Counted from the stretch's first letter, positions 36,157 through 50,879 are shown. The stretch: DNA of 64,000 nt from Iphione sp. A-MEVVRFRX5 (GCA_976226885.1 OZ320315.1:75206001-75270000); one strand, 5' to 3'. Translations and numbers: made by a program. The notes: generated by a model from the sequence alone, not told the origin.

Positions 36157-36289
36157 CGCAATTAACGATTTTGTATCGAGTACAGTCACGGTTTAGACAC
36201 TCTCTTCCTCGGGGTTGGACTATCGTCCAACCCCTCGGTGATCGTGTCTAAACCTTAGGACTGAACTCTCTACGCTATCGTTAATTGCG
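36157..36289. repeat. 133-nt multi-arm imperfect palindrome, probable Crypton terminus
   Basis: Arms 36157-69/36277-89 (13 bp), 36190-200/36244-54 (11 bp), 36211-20/36225-34 (10 bp, loop TATC). Confidence 0.85.
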
Positions 36290-39200
36290 TAGACTATTGC
36301 AAAACCGGACACACATACAGAAGAAACTATATATAATGTATTTTATGTACATGCATACATATACATACATTATGGAAATCCAGGGGGATCAGAGATATCT
36401 GCGGTATATTTGTTAGTTTTGGATTATATATGTGCAGAAAGCCAGTAGAAGAGAATGAGCCAGAATGAGAAACACTTAAGGGTCTAGATGTTTTACATGC
36501 ATAGAGAAAGCAAGCACATACAGTGGTCCTTCGATACCCACCATTTTTGTTTACACTAAATTTTGTCAGTTATATAGGATTTGTCAGTTAAGGAAATAGG
36601 TTATCATAGATATTCAACAAACAGTAAAGACTATTAAGGAGTATTGTCCGATATGAGCTTATTGGTTATGCAGGGACCACTGTTCATAACAGAGTACATG
36701 TAGTTAGGTGAAATATTCTGCCTCGGATTCTCATATGTCGGGACCAACCGATGAAGAGATTGCCACTTTTGTCGGACCGTCAAATACAAGCCAACGGATC
36801 CAACTGTATAAAAGTAGACCGGTGCGTGTACTACCTAAAGCTTCCTACACACGAGTTAAGACGCATAGATCGTCCAAACTGATATAAGAATTTCCCGTAT
36901 GCATTTGGAACTGTGCAAAATCTATATAGAGACATGGTAGCTACTTGAAGAAAGAGGAATATACTGGAGGTAGAAAAAAGAAGTGGAAGAGAGAAGGTGA
37001 GGTAGAGAAAATGGATGAAAGTCTGAGTCCTTGAGTGCGACGCAGTTTTAGGTCCGGTATGCACACACACACACATACAAACAGACACGCATACTGCACG
37101 TACACACAACATACGGAGGATAATGGAGGTCGGCTCTCAGCGCTGGAGGACGGGTGGCACTCGACCGTTCGAGTGTTTCTATCTATATCCTGTTTGCCCA
37201 TTGGCGGGCCTATGTGATCAACACACTGCTGCTCTCTTTGCCGACCTGGTCTGTGAGGCCTCTTTGCCCATCACACGCACACACACGCCACCCAACCCCA
37301 CTGCCATCAATAGACACCGACCGGCGTTAAACAGTGGAGAAGCGTCCCCGCCTTATTGCAACCCATCTTTGGGACGGTAGGTAAGTAACCAGGAACTCGT
37401 TGTTACAAGCACTGCGCCCCGTCTTCCCACCGCCGCCCACCGAATTCCACCTCTGGACCAATCCCAAATGAACTACGTGCGGCAGGAGTTGGTCCAAGCG
37501 AAAAATACAGATTAACAATTACAAGGACGTATGACAGCCTCACATGCATATCGTATTGATATAAACACTCTCCCTTTTCTCGAATAATATTTACGATAAC
37601 GATTAACCAATTTTCGTTTCAAAATGAGAGGTTCAATCACGTTTCAAATGACTAGTTGCCTTCTCGTCAAGATTTTTATGACACGTTACTGAGTGTCTCA
37701 CTTCTTGTTTTTTCTTTCTTTTACAAAGACACAGATCGAATATACTTATTTGATACCAAAATCAAAATAATTATATGTACTACCATGTTATCAACGCTAC
37801 TCCCATCCTGCTAACCACTGAAAATGTAGTTATTCAGTATTGCATTAGAAACAGCAGTGCTTAACAATAACTCTTCATGAGTAACATTTGGGAGTTGTTT
37901 TTAGGGGGATAGTTGAAAAACCATTGAATGCTAGCGGCCGTTCTGAATATGCCATGTAACTGGCAATGTGGCACTGCCTTTTCCGTTTGTAAATTATGGT
38001 AACAAAGACCCAGTATTAGAGGCATGGTTTGAATTAACATTATCATGAATTACGCAGCAGTGTGTTGAAAGAGCACCTCATTGCGACAAGAAGTGTAGCG
38101 AAAGAACAGGTCAGGATTTTCGGGAGTCACACGTAGAAGTGCGTCGAAAGGGCAGCTCAGCGTTTGCTAAAGACCTGCTCTCATCATCACGAGCTATTTA
38201 TCCGTTAGCAAACGTGTCTTACTTGGTCGCTGAGGTTTTCACCATATTTAATAACCACATACCTATAGTCGATGATGATCTGTGTAAATGATCTACATGG
38301 CATGCAACAAAGTGACGAATGTTCCAAATATTTTTGTATCGAATCGATTTTTTACATTGCAAAGCTAATATTACCAGGAAGAAAGCCGTCGCCATGAATA
38401 ATGTCATTGCCTATGATATCTGCCATCCATTTTCTTGTCCGTGGCCCTTTGTCAAAGTCCTCATGCTGAGAACATCATGCTTCCCCGATAGTTTTATTCA
38501 TTACGCATTGCCACAGTCTCTTACTGAAGAGATCAACTTCAATGAATTGGTTTCAAAGGGTATCGAAAAAGGGGGATGCCAGGGCCACAGCACGCATCAG
38601 TCTCATTTATCATGCGACTTGTTTAGTCCAATGGAAATTCGTTAACCTTCAAATTATGAAGCAGACAACATTGCGCCCGAATTATTGTGCATACATATGA
38701 GTAAATTTTATGATTTTTTTTTAAAAACGAGAACGGCCCATGTCTTAGTTGGCTGTTTGTCCCTACGTTTGAAGGGTTTTGCCTCATCCCTACACACACA
38801 TGAGACTCTACCTCCGAAACCTTTCTTACATCCCTTACATTCCTTTTTACATACTGGGTTCTCAATGTAAGGCAGTTAATCCTCAATATAAAAATACCCC
38901 TTCTAGTCCCCCTATGCTTCTGTAGCACTTAAAGGATATTTCCGGAATATATTTATGGTCATAACCACTGAATAATGTTGAATAGTCATATATTAATTTG
39001 TCCATGCCATGTGCTATATCAGACAGACGCATGCCTTGCACAAAAGCTACTTCCGCTCTGATGTCCTTTGTTTCGTTGGGCCCTGCGTCATGCACAGGCT
39101 TGTCTATTTTGCTCTAATAGTGTTGCCCATCTTTCCCGTATAATCCAAGTGGCGTAAACTACCGATGGCTTCATGCCATCTACTGCATCTCACAGACAAG

Positions 39201-40372
39201 TATCCATTCATTTTGAACCACAAACCCATGCAATTAAAAACTCGTCTTGTCTACAGTGATAATTTAAAAAAAACTAGTAGAAAGACAAGAAACGGGAAGC
39301 ATGGATGATTTCCCCATTATTTCCCATTTAAAATCTCCATAGAAGAGCGCTTAGCTACGTCAAACCCCTGGGTAGTCAAGCAGAACTGCTGAAGCCAATC
39401 ACAATAGGCACTGTTTTGTCTATAGGTATATATTGTATATGTATGTAGTTGTAAGTATAGATGTGTGTAGGTGTATATGTCTAAATGTATGTATGTAGTT
39501 GTGTGTACAGATGTGTGTATGGATGTGTGTAGGTGTCTGCATCTATAGATATAGCCTGCGGGCCAAGGCCCCACATTTTGATGATTTGTTTCATTGGGGT
39601 GACAAAACTTAACTGTGATTTTCTGATAGGTATACATCCAGAGTTTAAAAAAAATGGGTGGACCTCTCTATCTGGTAGCTTAATAACAATACAGGCTGGT
39701 TTCCATAGCAACCACCTTCATATTAAGCACAGTGGGGGCAAAAACATTTCTATGGCCTTATCTTATAAATAAACACTCAAATTTTATGTAAATATGTGCA
39801 TAGGTGCTCATATAGGTATATGGGTAAAGGTTTGTGTGTAGGCATGTGCATAAGTTTGAGTAGTTGTGTGTAGGTGTCTATAAGTATATGCATATGTGCA
39901 TGTAGTTGTGTATGCCAGTGTCCATGTATGTGTGTCATATATGGCTATTTATTGGTGTGTACATTTATGTGTGTACAAGTGTGCATGTTGAAGTGAGTGT
40001 AAGCTTACAATTGCTGGAAGAGGCATGACTTTTGCTTCTTTGAATGATAGACGCAACTTCCCATTGCCCAAGACCTGCCTGTCATTCCAGCCTTCCAGGT
40101 AGAGGCGTAACTTCTGGCTTCTTTGAAGGGTATCAACCCCCTGGAGAGGCACAAATTCATGCCTGACACCTGGAGGAGGCATGACTTCTCACGTCTTTGA
40201 AGGGTATTACCACTCTGGAGAGGTATCCTGAGCAGGACGCACAGTGGTATGAATCCCCCTGACTATAATGAACATTGTGGAAATGCACAGGGCTGTCACA
40301 TGGATGAAGGCAACAGTGAAAGCAGTGTAAGCCACCAATGTCACCAAGTGTTTCCACAAGGCTGGAGAACAT

Positions 40373-40795
40373 GTGGATCCTCAGGCAGATCTTAGTGATC
40401 CCTTCTCTGAAAACGAAGATGATGATGGCCTCCCCTTGCCTGAGCTTATCAGTAGGGCTCATCAGGGACTGAGGTTACCTTTCTCACCCCTAACCCAGGA
40501 GGAGCATGAGTGCCTGAATGAGTCTCTCTCACATGATCTCATGGACAAGATATAGTAGGAACCCCTAATGGAGGAGGCGAAGGGGAGGGCAGGTGTGGAT
40601 GTAGAGGTAGAGGAAGAAGAGGAATTCCAATTGCACAGACATGCTCAGGTGGTGGAGATTATGGAACATGTCAGGGTATACTGCCTGACAAAGGGCATTG
40701 GCCCGGCCATTTAACTTGTGCCCATTCTTGAGAAGAACTACTCAAAGACATCTACAATCCAACCTAGCATCACACAGTTCTTCACAAAAAATAAC
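40373..40795 (+). pseudogene. Decayed acidic C-terminus with PIP box, possibly a pogo/Tigger-like transposase relic
   Basis: One frame with two stops; acidic stretch VEVEEEEEF followed by QPSITQFF (Q-x-x-I-x-x-F-F) at 40760-40783. Confidence 0.4.
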
Positions 40796-43494
40796 CATGA
40801 ACTTTCCTTGTACATAGACTTAACATATTTATTATTAATTTGTATCTTAAATGTTAAATTATTGTGTGTTTACCATTGTATTTTTCATTTGAATTTCAAT
40901 TACCTAGGCAATATCTAGGGACATGATTTCTTAGTAAATAAATTTTAATATCAGTATTCTTTTGTTGTATGTTGTTTATCATTTATCATCACGTATATCA
41001 TGTTCCTATCAGGTATGAAAGGAAAAACGTTGGGAGCAAGGTTGGAACGAAGGTTGGGAACAATGTTCCACAGGGGAGACCAACTCCTGGAAGGAGACCA
41101 AAATCAGCCAGTCCCAAGCATGTTCGCTTCAGCGAGTCTCCACTCTACTATAAGCAGATACTCCCATTTGTATACTTGAAGACAGGTGTGTATGTACGTA
41201 TGTACTACGTTGTGCTCCAAGACGGTGCTCACTTCTTAGGCACAGCCACCCCAGAGCTTACTATAGATGTTATAAACGCAGTTTTCCTTTGCACGTGACT
41301 TATCGACTTCGCGGTCCTTTGCCCATGTGTGACTCCTAACTTTGCGGAAGCCACATGGTGGACAGTGGTTTCCAGCCACCAAAGATGCTACCGGACTCGA
41401 GCCAATATGGAGTGTGGGTTGTCAAGTGCAGTTTAAACACGCATTCTGTTTTGAATACAGAACAACACCAAAAACATATTTCGCGCATTTATGTTTGTGC
41501 TGAGAGTCTAGTACTTTATCGGAGCACCTGGATACAATATAATTCAACTTGTTTCATAATTTAGCTGTGCACCCTGAAATGTTGAAAGTTATACCGGTGT
41601 ACAACAATATTCCGTTATTCCAATAGACCCATCGCCTATCATTGGTTCGTACTCGTGGAGGAGTTTGATATATTTGTGTCATTATATAAAAGAATACCCA
41701 TACTTTCGTGACAACCTTATCGTATTCATTTGATCATGAATAGCAGAAAAACAAACGTGCAAGTATCTCGAAGCTGATGGTTTATTCGTAGCTACTGTGA
41801 TGCCATTATTTTGTCAAAAAAAAGTAAGGAACCGATGGATGGACCCACTCTGTTCGGCAAGATTAAGTTTAGATTAATGAAAATTTTCCGTAGCATAATC
41901 AAAGATAGTATTGCCCTATGTAGAATGCATTCGTCATTCGTACGAGACATTTTAACTGATAGTTAACCGCCACTTTTTATCAACCTTCTTTTGATTGTCT
42001 CATTCCCAAGTGTTTTATCATGGACACGGAGGCGGTTCAATAATGAAAATATATTCGCACGACACACATACCATGGACCATTCCTCTAGTGCATATCTAT
42101 GTCTCGCTGCGCTCCTTGGATTAATGAGCCCTTGGATGATGAAATCAGCCCTGGAGCTATTGTTTGTCTTCTTTGGGTAACCTTGCTTCATTTATACGAA
42201 CGGAATTCGTAAAGGGATCATATTATTAGTACAAATAGTTGTCCACGTTCAAATGCATAAATAATGAAAAGAATGCAAAATTTCACATGCTCTGATAGTA
42301 AAGGGTAACTAAGCAAGAGTTTAGTTGCACATCCATTTACTAGAGTTCCTGGGGTACTGTGTATTGTACTGTGTAATGTACTGTATTGCGAATATGAACT
42401 ACTACTTAAATGGTTTTATGACTCAATGCGAATGTATCTATTGTACATCATACCATAATTATGTGAACATTAATATTATCTGTGAACAGCTGTATCATGT
42501 TGTATGGTCGAATTATACTGGTAGGGACTCTGAATAAAAGCGATAGGCACTGATCAAGCATGTTTCATTCCGTTTTGTTGTCGCTATATACATGTTAAAT
42601 ATAGATTTAGACTGCTATAGGCAAGTCCATTAGAGGCAGGGAGTTGGGTGACGTCATAATGCATCATTCCCCTCAGAGGTTTTCAGATATTCTTGCTCAT
42701 GATGATGGAACATCCTTCAGCATTTGCAAGGAGTAAGTGGACATTCATGTTCAATCTTCTCTTCATTGTGATTGATGGAATTAGACCCTGTTGAACTTGA
42801 AAATACAGCGGTGGATCTACCACATGTAAATCAAACATCACCCGCATGCACCAATTTATGATTGATTTTTATTTGACCTGAGCACGTTTTCCATTTGTGC
42901 AACAGACAGGGTGAGTGTACTGTGGCGTCGCTCTAATTGTGTTGTATGAAAATGGACCCATGTTAAAGCGTTCAACTTTCCATCGGCCTCCATCCAGAGT
43001 GTTCGATAAAGGTAAACACGTCTGCACTATACATGTTAGGTGATCATAGATTTTGATATGTATATGTCCTAGATATTTTTGCGAAGATAACGCCGCACAC
43101 AAAAACGTGGTTTTAGTGGCATTCATTGAGTAACCATCCAATATTAGAAGACAGATATGTGAATACGAATTAAAATGGGAATGGTGGAATGATTGACAGT
43201 AAACCTTTAATAGCCCTTGTCATAAACGGGGCGATTACCTCTTCCTCGATATTTTACTAAAATTCTTTGATCTAGGACAACGATTTTAAGATTTCTAGGA
43301 CCACGCATCCGTGGTTTAAAATACCTTCAACAGCTTTACATAAATTTAAATAATTAAGGGCTGGTGAAGGACGTTGGTCAAAGTTATAAAACACATTGCT
43401 GGAATACAGACGAATAGATAAAATCGGAAAAGAGATATAGTCAAAAATCTTTAAAAAGGAGTTTTATGGTTGGTTTCAGGTAACCATTCGCATT

Positions 43495-44948
43495 ATGACA
43501 CTAGAGGCATGTATACAGAAACTGGATTTCGTGTTCTTTATGATAAAACAAAACTTGCCACCCAGTTTTAAAAGTATAAAAGGATGTAAAGGATTAAAAG
43601 GATGTAAAGTATTAAAGAATGCCATGGTCATAAACATTGACTTTATCCACGAATTAGTAAACACCTCAATAACCGAAGGCATTTTCTTGGATCAATTTAA
43701 GAGAGAGAGGATAACACCTCTGTTTAAAAAAGGCAGCAAGGAGGACAAAATGAATTATCGTCCAATGGCCATCCTCCCTCAAACAGGCAAATTAATTGAA
43801 AATGCAGTATATCAACACATTGTTCATCACTTAGAGCATCATAAATGTTTCTCTGTTTATCAGCACAGTTTGAGAAAAAACAGGAATTCCACTACTGCAG
43901 TGTCTTCATTTCTATGTGATGTATACGAGGCAATTGATGATGGGAAATATGTCGCTGTGGTTTTTGTTGATATGACCAAGGCATTTGGTATTATTATTCA
44001 TAACCACATCCTTATCTCTTCCTGAAAGACGGGGGCAGGCCTTTCAACACTTGAAGGGCTTATGTCTTATCTAGAGACAAGAACACAGTTTGTACGATGT
44101 AATAATTGTGACTCAGCTACCCTGGATGTGAAACAAGACATGCCACAGGGTAGTTTGATGGACATGCTCCTGTTTGCTATATTAATCAATTCTCTTCCAG
44201 ACTCATTATTGGTTGCACAGTCTGTACATTATGCTGATGACATTACAGTCTACTCCATAGCCACAAATGCCCTGACCTTATCACTAAAACTGCTGTTAGG
44301 TTTGAAAGATCTAGTCACCTGGTGCAAGTCAAATCGACTAGTAGTCAATGTCAAAAAGACCTTTTACATGTCGTTTGGAAAGGCTCGTCCATACAACTTG
44401 GTTCTGAAGCTTGAAGAGAGTGTCCTTGAACAAAAAGAGATATGTGATTTTTTAGGATTTCGTATTGATAACAAACTAAGTTGGAAGCCCTGTGTTGAAA
44501 AGGTCAAACAATGAGTTTGTCAAAGGTATATAGTATGCATAAAATCTTGAAATTTCTAGATGCACAACATAGGCTTACAATATTCAGGAGTTTTATCTCA
44601 CCTCTGTTTGATTATGTGCTCCCATTGCTAGCAACTGCTAGTAAAAAATTAGTTGATGAACTACAAATTTGTTATAATAGGAGTTTAAAACTATTGGTCC
44701 TAGGCACCATTAAGAGTCAATGAACAGCATTGTCATTAAGGAGGTTGCATAAATTCTTATCAATCCAAGTAAAGGGTGAGTTATACTTAATGTTACTTAT
44801 ACACAAGATGTATCACGTAGGTCTGCTACCAGAAAGAAAATGTAGAAGAACCAGGTATAGCATTGGAAGTCTATTGCACACAAGACACCCCAAAACAAGT
44901 CTCTATTTGAAGTCTTTTATATATCAAGGCATAATAAAAATGAAATAG
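43495..44948 (+). pseudogene. 5'-truncated decayed LINE reverse transcriptase
   Basis: ITPLFKKG..NYRP, VFVDMTKAF, MPQGS, HYADD, FLGFRIDNKLSW across three consecutive broken ORFs. Confidence 0.92.
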
Positions 44949-46078
44949 TCTTGACCCGCCAGTCAAGGTTGATCCTGACCCAAAGAAACTGAAATGCTAT
45001 CTGAGTAATAAGAATTGCAAGCAAGGATCAATAGCCTGAATCCTTTGTTGGTACTAGGCTATGTATCATGTTCAGTGATATCTTAATACCTATTATGTTC
45101 TTCTCATCCTTTATTTGTCTTTTTGGCTGGGAGATCTCTCTATGTATCAGTATGTATATCTCCTGCTTTTCAGTCAATTCAAATAGGATCCTGTGTTATA
45201 AGGTCCGAGGGAAATGGACGCTTGGCAGACATTTGACAAACAGAAAAAGAGCATCAAAGATTTGTATTTGAATCATTATGATACATGTACCTAAACATAG
45301 AGATAGGCAGCGACTGTCTGTAATACAGCAGGTAGGAAAAGGTGACAACACTGCTGGGCGTATACAACAGGTTTCACTAGTAGAAAGTTCTCTTTATGAT
45401 ACTGTTTTAAGGTGACTGCTGACCATTGAAGGGAGTCATCGTAGTGAAGGGTACAGAAAAACAATGTTTCCATACTAAGGTGACAACATTTGGTGACAAG
45501 ATGAGAGGAGCAATAAAGTCGAATGGCCCCTCATTGACACTCGTTTGAAGAGGGCATGCTCCATATCCAGACGGCTTTTCACAAAACGAATCCCATGATA
45601 AGTGTTTACTAAAGATCTGGGAACCAGACAGGTTAACATATGGACAATGCTTTCATTTAGACACGCGTTTTTCAGTACTCAATGGATACAGTCTTGCCAT
45701 GCTCATCAACGCACAAGTGTGCAAACCAGCTAAAAATGTCACCATGAAATCATTTGCGAAACCCTTCCATGGTGATTTGCCTTGATGTCACATAACCTTC
45801 AGTATACTGTTATATAACGTGCCGACGATAGTGTCTACTTTGCGATCGCCAAATCAAATTAAGCTTTATTGTTTCGCTAAAGACCAGCATAAGGCTAAAA
45901 TGCATCTGAACTGGGTGCGGTCTTAAATCCTGATGGTATTAGTGAAAAACCAAAGGTGCCACTAACTGGGTATCCTACGTATGCGCATGTACACACACAT
46001 ATATAAATATATATATGCATGAAAAGGAAATCTCGGAAGAATGTGTATGGATCCACCAATTGAAGAACCCATAACTAA

Positions 46079-46343
46079 GGCCAAAAAATAGGCGTGTTTC
46101 TGGTAATGACTACCCAAAAACCTAGGTAGGGTGGGGGGTATCTTTTTTTCAAAAATTTTCTTTCCACCTTGTTCCTCTGATTTTCAATAATAATAAAGAT
46201 AATATGTTTTTACTGTTTTCTACTGAATTTACCAAAAACACGTGCTGTGAAAAACACATATCTAAAAAAGAAACAAATTTTTAGGTAGGGTGAGGTTTTA
46301 CTAGGTAGGGGTGGGTTACCAGAAACACGCCTATTTTTTGGCC
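46079..46343. mobile_element. Tourist-like (PIF/Harbinger) MITE
   Basis: 28-bp perfect TIR GGCCAAAAAATAGGCGTGTTTCTGGTAA, with TAA on both flanks. Confidence 0.9.
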
Positions 46344-46379
46344 TAAATAAGTGTAAAAGCTCTAAGATATAGAAATGTG

Positions 46380-49300
46380 TGAGACAAGCGACCACCGATA
46401 GAATGGACGGGAGAAGGACAAATATGGACAAGGAAATGCTGAAGCAACGCGGCGAGCTAAAAGAAAACGAGAATAAATCACCGGATCTTGAATCAGAGGT
46501 TATGACGCTGAAAGGGGCAGTTAAAGTTTTACTTGGCCTACTGACGCGGAAAACCACTGGAAGCGTAGACCTAATGGAGACAGACTATCCCAACATCTGA
46601 AAAGGAAGAACATTTACATCGATGGACGTAAAGAGTAGGAAAAGGAAAACCCACAGAACAAGTTTATAGGTCTGGTAGGTAAAATGCGCGACCTACAAGA
46701 ACTGGACATCGACAGGTACCATTGAACCCAGCGAAAGAGTAGGAAAGAAATACTTTATTTCTTTCTTTTACTCATAAGGTTGGAAATGGAATTCCTGATC
46801 AAGAGAAACAACAACACACTAACAAGCCGGGACAATGTCTGGTTCACTGATGACCTTACGGAATTGCAGAGGAAGAGGTGAAGAGGCTGGCAAAGGGTGA
46901 AGGATCTAAAATCCTAAGTAAAAGGGAGATTACGGGCGCTAGAGGATAAGGAATATAAATACTAGGACCTACACCACCTACTGAAGAAATTGCAAGTTGC
47001 GAACATAAGGCAGATCATCACGACGGATACGGTCTCATCCGCTCTTGTACCGGTGCAAGGTACAATGGCTGTCCTGACCAGACATTTACTAATACCACGC
47101 AAACATATCATTGGAGCACAGCTATTGTTGCTAGTCAAGATGCAAAAGCCCTGGCAATAAACTTGGCCACTATAAACCGAAAAATACACCCGGTTAGATT
47201 ACGTATTAAATTGAATGCACAATGGATAGGAAAGCGACTTAAGTTTATGGAAGAACTATTCGTCAGGAAATATATGTATGTACAGATTCAGGAGCTAGCG
47301 GACCATCCGTTGGAAACTGGTGATAGGTCGTTTGTGGAGGCAACAATGGACAGCTACTGGGGAGCGAGGGCTAAATTAGGATCCGAACCTGTCAAATCTG
47401 GCACATTTACAGGGCAAAATCAGATGGGATTGTTCCTAACGAGAGTCAGTAAGAGACGCGGAGAATTATCAACTATAACAGCAAGGGAAGCATACAGCAT
47501 GTCGTGTAGGTTTACAGTCATTACTGTCAGCGATGTGAGGCATCTACAGTTACATCTACAGTTACATCAGGACATACCAGGTGTACCTGTGTCAATCTAT
47601 TTTTCATCCAGGCCCAACACTACGATGCTTAGCTTAAGCGATATCGTACGCACAATGTAGGTGTGACTGTTCTGGTAATCTGTGGGATATATAATATCTC
47701 AAGGTAGATACTATCTAATGACAGCTACGACAGTAATCAAATGGTTTTACAGTTTGGGGAGCTCAGTCGGTAAGAGTGCTGACTAGTACTTGTCGACTGA
47801 TTGAGAGGTTGCAGGTTCAATCCTGGGCCTGGGAGTCTTGATAATGACCAGACAGATGTACTGTAGCATCAACCCAGAGTGGTCCACAATGTGTAACAAA
47901 GGTTGTAGCTATATAGGATCTCCTATGAAAGAAAACCTCAAAACCCTGTTTGAAATAAGAGTAGGGAACAACCCTGGATATTCTAGGCTCTCAGTTCTCA
48001 GTACTAGATGGTAGTATGCTATCCAAGTAGGATACAGACGAACAGCTAAAAGCTGAATATCTAGTTCCTGGTCAAAGATACAATTAAAAGGAAAAATGGA
48101 ATGAAGGAGAAAGCCATATGCAAAACTCCATGAGAAATTTACTCCATGTACATTTTACAAACTCATGAAAACATACCGTGGTGCGAGGATTATATTATCA
48201 ACAATTTTGACAAGCTAGAAACATGGGGACGCAGAATGATTGGAGAAGGTTAAAAGATTTGAGAAAACAGGTGCGATAATTATTTATAAAAAGAAATAGC
48301 AATTAATGAGGAACATATGAGCAATAAGGGAACATAAGCAAGTTCTGGTATACTCTCAAGATAAGGATGGGAAGGTAAACCAAAGGGCGGAAGCTTTCAA
48401 AACGCTACAGCTAATAATCTGACTTAGTAGGGATGGAGGTAGCAAATAGGATACACTATTTTAAAATGACATTGGAAGAGGACTTACTAGGGAGCAAGGC
48501 GATTATAGCGATTATGGCAGGGAGGTCATCGATGTTGTGAACCACATCCAGATAAGTTGTTTATCACTTACCACATTGAGAAAGTTTATACTATGGCTAG
48601 CAAGAAGGAAACCTTCAGGCACTGAATCAATCCCAACCACATGTCACGAGTCAATATGGTAATAAATGGTTACAGAATACCTATAGCGGGGGAATAACAG
48701 TAAAATAGGGAACTGCGAACCAGTAAGCTTGCTGAATATCTATTAAAACTTGATGGAAAAAACACTGCATGTGCAGTAATATGAGTACTTAGAGGAAAAA
48801 AATTATAAGCGAGCAGTCTAATTCTAGAGGAGGGAAATCCAGAAAAGGGGCAATAGCTACATCACTTGCATATATACATGATGCACTGAATAACGAGTGA
48901 AAGACAATAGTAGCATATATCGTTTATAAAAGGCATTTGACTCTTTAAACGATATAGCCAACTTAGACAAACTAGAAAATATCAGAGTAGTTGATGATCT
49001 ACTTTTGTTTGAGAACTACCTGAGAGGCCGAGCACAAACAACTATTGTAAATAGAAGTCTGTTGGAACTGGAGTCGGTAACCTGAGGAGTCCCAAAGGTG
49101 CTCCTTTAATTGGGACCGCTGTTATATGGAGAATTCAGTCATGGGGCGGTTGAGGTATCTAAGAGAACCGAAAAATACTATATGCGGATGACATCGCACT
49201 AGTGAGTACGGGGCTTGCAATTCAAAAGCCAGTGTCTAGCTGCAGAAGGACTCGAACTATGTGAAGCAGTGGTCAGATAAAACCAAAGTATGAAATCAAA

Positions 49301-50330
49301 GTATGTGCCTATCGCTTCCCGAAAAGAATGAGTCCTTATTTTAACATTTGGGCTAGAACCCAGTGAGCATGTCTTATCCTTTCAGTACTAGGAGGTAATT
49401 TTACATCAAACCCTCTCATTTGAAAATGTAAATGGGGTCTATGGATAGGCTGAGGGAAGGATCCACACTAATGCTAGAGGGGATCCTAACCGAAATTATG
49501 ATAATCAAGATGATGAAATCGATGATAGTGTTAGTGATAGACTAGGTTTGTGTATATGCTGAAAGTAAATGAACATCCTAACTCCTGCCAAGTTTGGCTT
49601 ACGTGAATCTAGAAGTTCCTCGACAGCTTGTTGGGCGTTACTGAATAACATTTATGAGGCTATCAATAAATTTAGGTATATTTCCACCACTTCGCTTATT
49701 AGTAGACAAGCTATGGAAGAGTGTGTACAGGATTTTAGTCGATCAATGGTTCGGAGCTTACTTGGAGGGGAGAAGTCAATGTGTGCTGTCCCATAATGCC
49801 AAGCCAGATGTACGAAGTTCATGGGCCCTGGTTATTTTTGATAATGATTAACAACATCATTAAAGTATCTTTTCCATCTACTTTATTGATTTACGGGGTT
49901 CCTTAAGGGAAAGACATTCGCTCAAGAAATTATCTTCTTGATGTGACTCCAATGGTTTCACACTGCATCCGGAAAAGACACCTTTACGTGCTTTGATAAT
50001 GAGCGGGGTTCAATATAGATATGAGATTAAAGGAGTGCATCTTCAAAGATAAAGGGAATTTAGCTAACTGGTATATCTGTTAGATGAACCGCTCACTTTC
50101 CAGCCCCTTTTAAGGGATAAAAATTTGGAAGGTGTGAGCCCAAACGTTTCCGGTTAAGAGATCGACGCTTTTCTTGGACAAAACACTACAATGTCGGTAT
50201 CTAATGCTTTGGTAAGTCTTCATATTAATCATGGTGTGCAATTCTTACCAGAGAACTCTGAGAATAAGATATGTTTGCTTCAGGATACCTTGGTAAATGC
50301 TGTGAGACAACGATTTTTCAGGGGATGGTG
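46380..50330 (+). pseudogene. Highly decayed LINE relic(s)
   Basis: WFTDDLTELQRKR (ORF1-like) near 46840; KAFDS near 48930; GV-Q-G-like segment at 49086; YADDIA at 49181; second RT-like fragment PAKFGLRES..STA at 49580. Boundaries approximate. Confidence 0.55.
47755..48060 (+). mobile_element. tRNA-derived SINE
   Basis: A box AGCTCAGTCGGTAAGAGTG and B box GGTTCAATCC, without a complete cloverleaf, followed by a non-tRNA body. 3' end approximate. Confidence 0.65.
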
Positions 50331-50879
50331 CTCTGCACGAGTAGTATCAGTTGGCTCAAGGATAACAGAATAATAAGTGTGAACCAAAGAGAGAAATACT
50401 TTTTACACTGAAAGCAAAACAGGCATCACAGTGACCCAAAAGGGAAACCATCACTTGTCTCCAGATTCACTCTTCCACAACAGAGTCAATATAAATCCAC
50501 TCAGACTGAAATTATACATTTCACTCTTTACAGAATAGAATCATATGATCACATAGAATATAATAGAATAATATAGAATATACATATGGATAAGATGCAA
50601 AACCTGCTCCATGTGAATTCTCTGGAATTACAAGTGCTGAACTCGACTTAATACAGCTCAGAACTTCCAGTTATCTGAAACAATGGAATAAATAAATACA
50701 GATATATATATGTAATATTTATGACAGGTTTTATTCAGAGCACCATAGCACTATGACAAATGTCAAACATCCATATGTTAAAAAAGACTTATGGGAAGGA
50801 TTCTCATTGTTAGATTGCGAGTAGAAACACTAATACACTAATTCTCACAACATTTTCTTTGATTTACCAAACAGTGTTA

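Noticed and set aside
47755-47830. Functional tRNA gene
   Set aside because: A and B boxes are present, but acceptor and anticodon stems do not pair into a cloverleaf; better explained as a SINE head.
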